The notes under the pieces were generated by a model. It was not told where the DNA came from. It made no database searches and worked only from the letters and a program-made list of their open reading frames with translations. From the human T2T-CHM13v2.0 reference genome, Homo sapiens, in the NCBI RefSeq assembly GCF_009914755.1, contig NC_060932.1: a DNA stretch of 64,000 nt; one strand, 5' to 3'. Position numbers and translations under genes: made by a program. This document shows positions 28,963-40,826 of the stretch, piece after piece (position 1 is the first letter of the stretch; each line of letters starts with the position of its first letter).

Positions 28963-31900
28963 TAAGCCACTTTTAATTAAAAAAAAAAATGTAGCTCTTC
29001 GCTTTACCTTCAAAGGTTAAATTTTTCTTTTGCTGTTTTATTTTTGTTTTTGTTTACTACACAGGTACAAACCTGTAGGAAACTATGTCTACGTTTTCTA
29101 AAATATGAATCTAAGGGACTTGGACATGCTACTGTTTAACTGCTGTCGGTGAGATTAATACTAAATCTCTGTGCGGAATAAATGAACAGACAGATTGTGT
29201 TTCTCAATCAAAAGTTTTAATTGTAAAAGGTAGACTCTCTCAAAATAAATCTATAAATTTTGGGTCGTACTAATCAAATTCTAAAATAAAGTTAGAAGGC
29301 TTGTGATGGGAGTGGAGTTTGGGAACTGGCAAGAGTCCACATGGCTCTTGTTGAATATAAACTAAAAAACATTCTAAAGCTGGATGGACAATCAATTCAT
29401 GAGCAAGCCTAGACATTTTCATAAAACAGTATCCTTGTAAGATGGGGATTTGTCTTATTACATATCCAATCACATTATACCATAACAATTGAATTGTCTG
29501 TTCTTAAGCAATGGACTCTGATGTAGATTTCATCTACTGTCATGTAGTTTTCCTCTTGCTCTTCTTTGTTTTGCTCTATTCTTTTGTTGGCATTGACCAA
29601 ATCTTCAGCTGAGCAACAAACTGCTGTAACCAGATGCTAGTTCTGTTGCTAGAATTAATGGAAACTCTGAACTAATTTTTTTATTTTGTCCTATGATCTT
29701 TCCAATCAGTAAATAGTGTTACTAATACATGCAACTTTTTCCACTTCATAGTACGCAAATAATTTCTGAGACAGGTTTGTTTCAAGAACTCAGGAAAATC
29801 TCCTTGTATTCCTTTGATGACAGAGGCTCAAAGATTATTCAGTCTAAGTGTCTTCCCATTTTCCTGAACAACACTGGCACATTTAGCCCATTCTTAAAAA
29901 CCAAAATGGAAATCTGAAATACAAAGAGTTCTGTTTATTGTCCAGTTTTTTTGGTATGATGTTACAGGCATAATCTGCTATATTAATTTAAAGTAAAACT
30001 AAAGGTTACACAATTAAAAGATATTAGCTATACCAGAATTATGGTGGGAAAAGACTAATTGCATTCCAATGTACATTTATTGATCAGTTACTTTAGAAGT
30101 GTGCACCTCTAGATATTATCTTCAAACTCCTATCACAAATATGCCTTTGCTTCCCAATCACCTTTCTGTCATATAACATGTGTTCTGAATAGACTTCTTG
30201 CCAATTTAAAGTTTCACCCTTAACCTTCACCTGCCAATAATCAATCTTCTCCTGAATAGAATGTCCCTGTAAACAGATGTGCTTTACCGTGCATCCAGAA
30301 ATTCTTGAAACCAGCTTTTAACTTTCATCTTATAAAAAGTGCATCCCACAAAAGACAGGCCCCCTACAAATCATGTTCTCTTTTTTTCTTCTGAGAACTT
30401 TATGCTGGTAAAAGAAAAGAAAGTTTTCCGAATATAACAGATAAATAAAAGCATAGGACATGTAATATTTTTTACTTGGGATGCCTAGAGGCTTTACATG
30501 TGTTATCACATTCTTTTTCATATGTGATATTGAGATTTAGTAAAGGAGATTTATGATATGGACCCAATATCAAACAGATTAAATCTTTTTATTTTACTTT
30601 GACTCAGTTTCCTTCTCTGTAAAATGGAGTTAAGTTTATCACAAAAGGTTGTTATAAAGATTAGATGAGATAATAAAATAAGATGCTTAACACAGAATAT
30701 AGAACAGAGAAACTGCACAAACACAAAACACAAAAGCTACATTTTTGTTCCAAGATGGCAAAAGACATGGCTTGAGCTGAGGCTTGGTGATAAAGTGAGT
30801 ATGTCCTTTTCAAATAAAAATAGCCCTTCTTAATCTCATGATCTGTATGACACAATTTGGAAATATAATGAAGGTGGCCACTTGGCAAAGAAGAGAAAGA
30901 GGAAGAGGGAGGGAAAGAGGATAGAGGCAAAGAAGAGAAAAAAAGGAATGGAAGAGGAGGGGAAACATTGTGATCCTCTCTTGCCTCTGCTCTGTGCCTT
31001 GCTATAATAAGCATTTCATGTCATAGCTAAGTCAGGCCAGATTCTAGAGTGTCCTAACACATCAGGTAGAGAGGTTGGACTTGATAGCTAAACAGATGCC
31101 TTAGGAAGTTCAAGCAGTAGGTTTTTAAGAATAAAGAGAGATTAAGGAAAAATGAGAGTGACAGTGAGTGAGCAGAGACAGAGAGAGAAAGAGAGAGGGG
31201 GATAACAAGACAATTGATCCCCAGAGTTCAAATAAATTAAAAAAAAAATGTTGTCTATTCCCATCGACGCAGTGGGAATAAGGAAAGGATGGGTGTAAGA
31301 AACATGGTGAAGAAATAAATAACAATAATGCAACTTGGTGATTAGTCAAATAGAGGACAAAAGAGAGAAAAATACTGAGGTATCAAGCCCAGGACACAGG
31401 GAAATGGTGGCTCAATCTAAAGCTACTGAAAATGGAATTTCATTCGGCAACACAATACATTCCCAAAGTGACAATGGTCATTATGGAACAAATGTTTATC
31501 TGTTATCTGTGAACAGACTACACTCAATAGAACTTTATAATGCAAACATATGTAAATATATGTGTATATCAATGTTTAATAATATATGTGCTGCTGAAGC
31601 AAGCACTCAATGTTTAATAATATAATTTAAATAGATACAATCTAATGTTCTGATCATTGGTGGGCATTAGACAGAATACACAACTGTGATTTTCATAAGG
31701 CATATGCCGCCTTAGATTTAAAAAAAAATTTTCTCAGATTAAGAAAATGGTTGGCCAAGTAACAATCTAGCATTTCTATAACTTTGGGGAAGTTACGGAT
31801 ATTCGAGTCAAAATACTCAACTACATCTGCATAACACCTATATAATTCTCTTCTTTTGACTAAGAGACTGTTAGTGGAGCGGAACATGAAATTTAAAAAG

Positions 31901-33671
31901 TCTAGAGGCAAGAAGAGATGAAATATTTAAGTTGCCTATGCTCACAAACCTTCATATTCTACCTTGGAGGAGGCTGATTGACATCCTTTCACAGAATGTA
32001 CCAATGACTTATTCACAAATGAAATACACGTTCCCTTCTTCACTACAAAGACAAATCATCCTTAATTTTATGATTTGGGAATGGTTTCCCCATTCCCCTG
32101 CTTTTCTTTCTATCCCCTTTTGTTTTGTCCTTTTTTGTTTTATTTGTTTCAACCATTTCCTATTCAAAATAAGAGGGCCATTCTCTAGTCAAGTCTTCCT
32201 ACTAAATCAATGGGCAGTTTTCAGAACTAGGTATAGATTTCTTAGAAGTAGAAGATTGTGTTTGCCTTTTCAAACTCGTGCATTATATGTTGGAGGCAGC
32301 ATGACTGAAAGAATACAGAGCTTGAGTCAGCAAAATCTGGAACTGAAATGTAGCCCTGTTACTGAAAATTTGTGGGAATAGCATTGACCATGGAGACTTG
32401 ACAGCATTTTCGTTCCTCAAAAGAGACTTGGGTCCCATTCAAGTTTTTAATGAAGACTTTGGCCTGTTCTATGTTACCCAACTGGGTTTTCTGAACCATA
32501 TTCCCTAGTTCCCCTGGAAGAAACGCCAGCCTAAGTATCAGCACCTGTAATCTATTTCTCACTCAGGGTTGCCAGACATGAGGGATTAATTGACATGAGC
32601 CAGTTTATATTTGGAAGCCATTAATGGCTAGCAACTGAATTGTTGAGACATCCAGTGCAACGAACCAGAGAGGAAAGAATAACACACAAGTGCCATAGTT
32701 AGATCAATAAACATCATCTTCGGCAAGCACAAACGTTGGGTTTAGCTGCCAAACTTAAAACTAGGTCTCTTCATCTAGTACCCACTTAGGTCAATGGGCC
32801 AGGGTCCTGGTATAGAGATTAGGGACTGAAACATGAGTTGATATTTCCAAACTTCTTAATTTTGGATTGTCTAAGTTCAGATTTCAATTCAAGATTCTAC
32901 TCCTACATGTTACGCTTTTAGATCTGTCTTGGAGGTACAAAGACTTCTGGAATTAGAGAAGTTTGGTCCTTCTAAGAAGAGAAAAATGAATAAGTAGAGA
33001 AGTCAGAAAAAAGAATACAATGCAGTCAAAACATGTTCTGTCATACAGAGTCACCTTACCTTTTCGATGTAAAAACCAGGACAGAAAACGGGGGGAAAAA
33101 TAAGCTATATGAAAAACTTCATGTATAGCAATTGTTATTCTCATTAGCCTTTCTTCTACAAAAATAGCTGTCTATTCATCTAACATTCTGGTGAACTACT
33201 ACAGTAGTCTCAGAAGTGAAATTAAAAGTGTTCCTACAATTGCTTCTACCACTGTCATAACCCCTTTGGAAGCTTAGAATACTCCACTTAACTTCCTCAT
33301 CTGCTTCAGGCAAATCATATTTCTTGTTGCGCAAATAAAATTAAAATGTATATTTTATTATTCCCCTGGTAACTTTTCAAGTCTGAAAAAATAATTAAGC
33401 ACACTATTAGCAATGAAATAAAATTTGCTGAATAATGACAGCAGTGTTGGAGCCAGGAAAAAGAGGCAGGGTGGTACAGTGGAAAGATATTAGAAATCTG
33501 GATTCTAGAACTTGGCTACTATTAATAGTGTGATTTTGAGCAAATTAGTTAAGATTTCAGGAGCATGCCATCATCTCTTTGCCTGCATTCTGCCATTCCC
33601 TTCACCTAGATGGCATTATTCTCCTTCTTTACTGGCAAACTCTGCTCTTCCTTTAAGACAAGCTTAAATAA

Positions 33672-33975
<304 letters not shown>

Positions 33976-34039
33976 TAAGCATTCTCCTTGAAACTAAAAA
34001 GAATGGTTGGAGGAAAGAGGAAGGACTTCAATCCAGTTC

Positions 34040-34600
34040 TGCATCACCTCGTGCATCTGAAATAAGCTCTGTACCTTATCTCTTTCTTATCTCCACTCAT
34101 CTTACCTACTGCCATTAAACTCATCTTATTTCTACACTGTTTCATCATATCACTCCACTACTCTAAAACACCTGTCTCCCAATTTTCTGCAGCATCCAGT
34201 CTAAATAAATGACCAGCAATTAAGAACCTCCATGATCTTTTCCACTATGACCATCCCACTCCCCCTATACACTTTCTGCTCTTTCCTAAAGTGGTTCAAC
34301 ATGTCCTGAATTTACATCTTTACTTCTGCTACAAGGCACGTGCTCACACTGTTTTCTGGGCTAGGACTGCCTCCCATCATGGTTCTGCATGTCCAAATTC
34401 CATCCATCCTTGAAAAGAAAGACTCAAGCCTCATTACCTCCATGGAACTTTCTTTTCCTAACTCTTCCAACCATCAATAATCTCTCTCTCATCTGTGCTC
34501 TTTTTCCACTTAAAATCTTGTCACATAATTTTAGCTCTTAATTATGTACAATTTTGCATTTATTCTTATTCTCATCATTTTTTTAAATTGCCTTCTCTCT
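34040..34600 (+). mobile_element. L2 fragment
   Basis: Pyrimidine-rich L2-like motifs such as tgctcacactgttt.ctgggctagga and ccatccatccttgaa. Confidence 0.6.
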
Positions 34601-36623
34601 CTTATATTTTGAGAAACAGTAAGACAAGTTGAGTTTTGAGCCTCTGCATCTATCAAGCATAGCTTCAAGGTGGTAGAGCCAGTACATCCTAAAGGCCTTC
34701 ATTACACATTCACAGTTAGAATGATCAAGGACTACTGGGATAGAACATTATATTTTAGTCATTGAGAATTTTAGGAAACTAATCAGCAGCACATTCACAA
34801 CTACCCCGGGCATTCTTTTGACAATGTGGAAGGCACCATCTCATGCACTGATTCTCTGGCTCAGATTTTTTGTTTCCATCTTCTGCCCACATCACTCTCC
34901 AGGGCTGCATTTGCGCCAGCTGGATTCCATCCAGAAACAGATTCAAATAGACAATAGGCCAACTAGAATTCCCATCTTCCTTGATTAGATGTGAAATTGT
35001 ATAGCTGGGTGTCACTCACATGCCAGCCACTCAGGATTCTATGTTATCAATTAATTTCTCTTGAGAGCTGAACTGAGGAGATTGTGACAATTCTGTTTTC
35101 AAGGACCTGTAAAATAACAGCTAGACCAGATTTTTATGGATAGTGCTAGATATATAGGCCTGTCCACTATCTGCCGCATAGCATAAATTAAAACACCCTG
35201 TTAATTTCATAGTAAATCGTATTGGGTGTTTTTTTCTTCTGCAGTGTGAATGGATTGTAAAAATTTTGTCTAGGAATGGCATTCTCATTTGTAGGACAAT
35301 TAGCAACTGAGGTAAAAGGTTTATATTACTTAGAAGAAAGACGAACTTATTGCACACTGTCAAAACTACTGAATCTTATTTGTTGTTGTTGCTTCAATAA
35401 CTTAGAATTTGCAGTGGATTTTCCAGGAAAGGATATCATAGAAACACAGAATGTTGGAGGCGTACCTCCAACAATCTAAGCTAAATCTAAGCAGAATGTT
35501 GGAGGCATACCTTAGAGATCATCTAAGCAGAATCTCTCAGTTTACATCTGAGGAAACACAGGACTGGGTTTGTTGGGAGACCTGCCTAAAATCACAAAAC
35601 TCATTCTTACAAGGCAGAGTTCTAAATCCAGGCTTTATCTTTCTAAAAAGTATGAGTCGGTAAATTCTACCGGGATGAAAATGAGTTCATGTGTCCACTT
35701 TACATTGGGACCCGACAAGGAAAAGAGATGAGTCCAGCTCCCTTTTCGACCATGGACTTTCTTGCTGAGGGCTACCGTGAGTAATCAGGCAGTGTAAATG
35801 ATGATTGGGACTGGAACAAATACAAGAAAAAGCTTTTTTTTTTTCAGATGTACTCCTTATGGAAAATCTGTTCTAATTGAGATCACCAAGCACCGTTGCT
35901 ATGGATGATCTGTGCAAACATGCAGCTTTATCATAGAGAAACTTCTTTGTAAAAGCATTTTTTAACATACACTTAAAGAACACACTATCCACTGTTGATG
36001 ATGACAATATTAACCATTACGACTTCAAAACAATTTTCACTTGCACTAAACCACTGGAACTTGTAATATTTGAGTAAGGAAAGCAGTGTGTCATTTCTGT
36101 ACACCAGAAAACTGAAGCTGAGGGACAGCATGCCATTTGCCTGAGTCTAAACACCTGAGTGAGGTAATTAGTGTTAGAACTCATGTCTTCTGGATCCCAC
36201 TTCACTGCCTAATACTTCAAATGATTTCAAATATACCATATTTGGTCAATATTAGGGATACCTATTGCATTAGAACAGTTGAACTGTCCCCTTAGTAATG
36301 TCACCTTACTGGGAAATAAACATTTGAATACTTCCTCAAGTACTGGAACTTTCCCAAGAGAAGTATATGAGCAATATTCTTCATAGCTTAATAAATTACA
36401 TGATTGTATATACAATTATGCATCTATATAATTTGCATTTGAAGCTGATTTATTTGTAAAAGAAGTAGCAGTATTCATTATTAGATTATAAATGTATTTC
36501 CTAGTCATAACTTCCATTTGTTATTTTGTACTATAAGGAATAACAATTTAATAACTCAAAATAAAAAGATTAATTTAGAATATCCTAAGTATGATTCTGA
36601 CTTTTTAAAAAAGTTTTGTTTTT

Positions 36624-36883
36624 CACTGCATGTTCTCACTCATAGGTGGGAATTGAACAATGAGAACACATGGACACAGGAAGGGGAACATCACACTCTG
36701 GGGACTGTTGTGGGATGGGGGAGGGGGGAGGGATAGCATTAGGAGATATACCTAATGCTAAATGATGAGTTAATGGGTGCAGCACACCAGCATGGCACAT
36801 GTATACATATGTAACAAACCTGCACATTGTGCACATGTACCCTAAAACTTAAAGTATAATAATAATAAAATAAAAATAAAAAT
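36624..36883 (+). mobile_element. 5'-truncated L1PA (about L1PA2-4) 3' end
   Basis: Canonical L1 3' UTR with G-rich tract and A tail; TSD aaaagttttgttttt at 36609-36623 and 36884-36898. Confidence 0.95.
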
Positions 36884-37264
36884 AAAAGTTTTGTTTTTAA
36901 GACATGTTCTAGATTTCCTTTTTGGTGTTGTAAGTATCTCAAGAAAGCCATTATGATTTCCAGAGCAATGAAAGAAATACGTCATAGGAAAAAGAGCATT
37001 TTCGTTCATATTTTTAGGTTATTGGTCATATTTCAATCCACTGGAAAATGTGATTGCAAATCTGGTTAGATTTATAAAAATATCAGGCTTACCAGTATTA
37101 CAACTTCTTATGAAAGTGTGAATTCTGTTGAGAATGTGAAGATAAAGTGGCAGAATAATTATCTTTTTTTATATCTAAACTTTATAATAGTGAATGCTGT
37201 TGAAAAAGGGATTCTATGAAAGTTATTTTTTGATCCATAAGAATACTTTGTTCATACTATTTTC

Positions 37265-37633
37265 CTTTTCTTAAATTTCCAATTTTTATTTTAAGTTTAG
37301 GGATACATGAGCAGGTTGTGCAGGTGTGTTCCATAGGTAAACGTGTGCCATGGTGGTTTGCTGCACAGATCACCCCATCACCCAGGTATTAAGCCAAGCT
37401 TCCATTAGCTATTCTTCCTGATGCTTTTCCTCCTCCCAACCACTCACCCTATGACAGGCCCCGGTGTGTGTTGCTCCCCGCCATTGTGTCCATGTGTTCT
37501 CATCATTCAGCTCCCACTTATAAGTGAGAACATGCGGTATTTGGTTTTCTCTTCCTGAGTTAGTTTGCTAAGGATAATGGCCTCCAGCTCCATCCATGTC
37601 CCTGTGAAGGACATGATCTCTTTCTTTTTTATA
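37265..37633 (-). mobile_element. 5'-truncated older L1PA (about L1PA7-10) 3' end
   Basis: Reverse L1 3' UTR; TSD ttcatactattttc at 37251-37264 and 37634-37647. Confidence 0.93.
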
Positions 37634-38289
37634 TTCATACTATTTTCAGCTAAGCCTATACATTAGACACTTCTATAAAACAGTGCTTCCCTATTTCCTA
37701 TTTATATCTCAGTTGTTGTTTATAATGAAAATAAAGTATGCCATTTTCACTACTCAAAGAAAAGACCAGAAGAAATAAAGCTGAGCTCTTACTAAACTCT
37801 TAACAGCTGTATTCTTGATCTTCCATTGAGTAGCAACTGCTCTTTAGTTTCTATCACCTTGCCTCAAACATGGTCATAACCTCCACCAAAAAGACCACAT
37901 AAAATAGCAAACTGTTGAAATGAGAAAGAGCACCAAGAAAAGATGTAAGTCCTTGCAGGAGGAATGCAACTCAAAAAGGATGACACAGAGGGTGAGGGCA
38001 TCAGACTCTTTTGCTCTCACCACTGAGAAAAATTTGGCACTATAACCGGCTAGATAATGGGCTCTCTTCATTTGCACTCTACTACCATTTGTAAATCCTC
38101 TGAAGTTTTAAGTAATTTGATTTTCCCCATAGTTTATGAAATATACAACCTTTAGTTTTATATAACAATTTATACTTTTCAACATGCCTTTAAACATTTC
38201 ATTTGGTTTTGACAACCTTATGGATCATGCCACATAACTAAGTACTTGTGCCCATTTTAAAGAAATAGAAACAGAGGCACATCTTTGGT

Positions 38290-38575
38290 GACACATACTG
38301 AAATATTAATGTATAGTGGTATAAGATCATGATGTGTGCAGTTTACTGTCAATAGTTCAAGGGAGGAATATATATATATATAATTTTATAAAATCTCTGT
38401 TTGTATATATAGAGAGAGAGGGGCAGGGGGAGGGAATGAAATTGATAAGGCAAGACATTGGGGCAAGTCGTTAACCATAAATGACTATGGGTAACTGGTA
38501 TGTAAGTGTTCTTTCTACTATTCTTCCAGCTTTTCCGTAAGTTTGAAATTATTTTCAAATACAAATTTTTAAAAA
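38290..38575 (+). mobile_element. Old L1ME-like 3' end
   Basis: tctactattcttccagcttttccgtaagtttgaaattattttcaaat terminal motif. Confidence 0.6.
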
Positions 38576-38702
38576 TTAATTAAGGAAAATTAAGTAATTT
38601 GTATAAATAAACAGCTGATTAGAGGCAAAGTGAACAACTAGGATCCAGGTCTCCTAACTATAATCTATTTCTGTAAACTGAAAGTAATTTCCACTTAAAT
38701 TA

Positions 38703-39021
38703 TAGTCAGCCCTTCATATCCACAGTTCCACCTCAGTGGATTAAACCAACCTTGGATAGAAAAACTATTCAGGGGAAAAAAATACAACAATAAAAAAATA
38801 CAAATTTTAGAATACAGTATATTATATTTACATAGCACTTACCTTACATTGGGTATTATAAGTAATCTAGAGAGGATTCAAAGTATATCGGAAGATGTGT
38901 GTAGATTATATGCAAATATTATGTCATCATATATCAGGGACTTGAGCACCCCTGATTTTGGTATCTACAGTGGGGCTCTGGAATCAATTCTCCAAGGAGA
39001 CCAAGGGAACGAGGGAGACTG
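38703..39021 (-). mobile_element. MER2 (TcMar-Tigger) non-autonomous DNA transposon
   Basis: Diverged termini tagtcagccct / gagggagactg with TA flanks; core tattataagtaatctagag...gggacttgagca. Confidence 0.85.
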
Positions 39022-39461
39022 TATTTATAATCACAATCATACGTTTTGCCAGTCAGTCATCAATAATCAATACCATAGCTCACGAGAAACTCATAATGAT
39101 TTATTAATAACCTTTATTTATATATCATACTACTTATTGCAAACTGTTTTCACTGACCTTATTTTATTTGGTCTTCATAATGCTTCCAATGAAGTGGATT
39201 GGACAGGCATTGTGGGACCCATTTTACAGACTAAGAAACAGGCTGTGAAGGTTACTTATACCATTAATGTTCACAGCTACTAAACGGCAGAATTTAGAAG
39301 GATGCCAAGAGAGAATACTGGAAAGAGCACTGGTTCTGGAATTTAGGATTTAAATTCCAATATGCCTTCTTAGCATTCTAATGCCTTTTTATACTCCTAC
39401 TGACCATACCTAAAACTTCTAGGGCTCGTATTATATTTCGCAATAGAAAAGCAATGTTCTT

Positions 39462-39635
39462 GCCGGCACGGTGGCTCACACCTCACCTGTAGTCCCAGCT
39501 AATCAAGAGGCTGAGGCAGGAGGATCACGTGAACCTTAGAGTTCCAGGCTGCAATGAGCTATGATTGTGTCCACTGCAACCCAGCCTGGGCAACAGAGCA
39601 AGACCCTGTCCCTAACAAAGCAAAAAACAAAAACA
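39462..39635 (+). mobile_element. Alu right monomer (FRAM/AluJ)
   Basis: Single monomer with A-rich tail. Confidence 0.85.
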
Positions 39636-39699
39636 TTCTCTTAAAGAACAAAACAAAATGACTGAGAAAGATGTCTGTTTTACTTACTAATGTTATATG

Positions 39700-39950
39700 T
39701 AACAATAACAGCTAAGATTTATTAAATACATGCTTACCATGTACAAGTAAGTGCTATACATACATTATCTAATTTAATTTATGCAACATCTCTATGACAT
39801 AGAATTATCTTGGTCCCAGTCTTACAAGCAAGGAAATAGGCTCTGAGAGTTTGACTGACTTGGCCAAGTTTACAGACTTGCAGGGGCCAAGGTTGGATAT
39901 GGACCCAGAAATCTGACTCCATACCCGCTACCATTAACTAGTCCTTATTC
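39700..39950 (-). mobile_element. MIR
   Basis: aataacagctaagatttatt...ggaaataggctctgagagttt..tgacttggccaag. Confidence 0.75.
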
Positions 39951-40641
39951 CACATTTTCCTTTTTTTCCTTTAAGCTCAGTTGACTTTTTAACGAATGTC
40001 TTTTCCTCATATTTAGTAATTTTTAAATTCTGAAATTAAGATAATGCTTTCTAGAAACATAGTTTATATGGAAAAATATTTGCATGAAAAAATAGACCCT
40101 CCTTCTTATTTGCAACCTCTTGAAAGCAGGCACCACATCTTATCTGCATCAACAGCAGCTCCTGGCACACATGGAACATTCAATAAATGTTTGTTAAATG
40201 AATGAATAATGTTCAGAGTTCTCTATTAAAAAGTTCTTACATGATCTAAATACTTAAAGACAGGACCTAAAAATTAAGTTGGCTCAATTCACCAAATCTC
40301 AACTTTATAGTAAAGCACACAGTTTTGGTCCCAGAAAAACAAATAAATGAAAGCAGAAAACAAATTTCACTTTTAAGAAATTTTTAATTCTGCCCTTGGA
40401 AAGTTGAACTGCTCTGTGGATGTTTCAACAAATGTGGCCTTTAACTATCTGGATAATCTTTTTTAGATTATAATCTATAGTCTGCATGACAAAAAGTGAT
40501 GCCCAGGCTCACTAATGTCTGCATTTCATTATTTTCCTTTTGCTGTAACCAGATAGGATTTAAAAAAGGAGAAACAGTCAAGCAAGGACCATGGTCTCAG
40601 GAAAGGAGGAGAACCACCTCCAGGATATACAGCTTGCTTTC

Positions 40642-40826
40642 ATCTTCCTCTTCTTCTTCTTCTTCTTCTTCTTCTTCTTCTTCTTTTCTTCCTCCTCCTC
40701 CTCCTCTTCGAGACAGGAGTCACACCATGTTGCTCAGTCTGATCTGGAACTCCTGAGCTCAAGCTACTGTCCTGCCTCAGCCTCCTGAGTATCTGGGACT
40801 ACAGGTGCATGTCACAGCACCCGGCT
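40642..40826 (-). mobile_element. Alu monomer whose tail became (TTC)n(CCT)n
   Basis: About 11 TTC units at 40651-40683; degenerate TSD tacagc..gctttc. Confidence 0.85.

Noticed and set aside
31932-32381. 149-aa ORF
   Set aside because: Non-ATG start, composition driven by T-rich DNA, runs into a MIR-like fragment
35447-35533. Repeat-spacer-like pattern considered as CRISPR
   Set aside because: Eukaryotic context, only two imperfect units, no cas genes
38849-39283. 144-aa ORF
   Set aside because: Spans MER2 and MIR remnants; no transposase motifs
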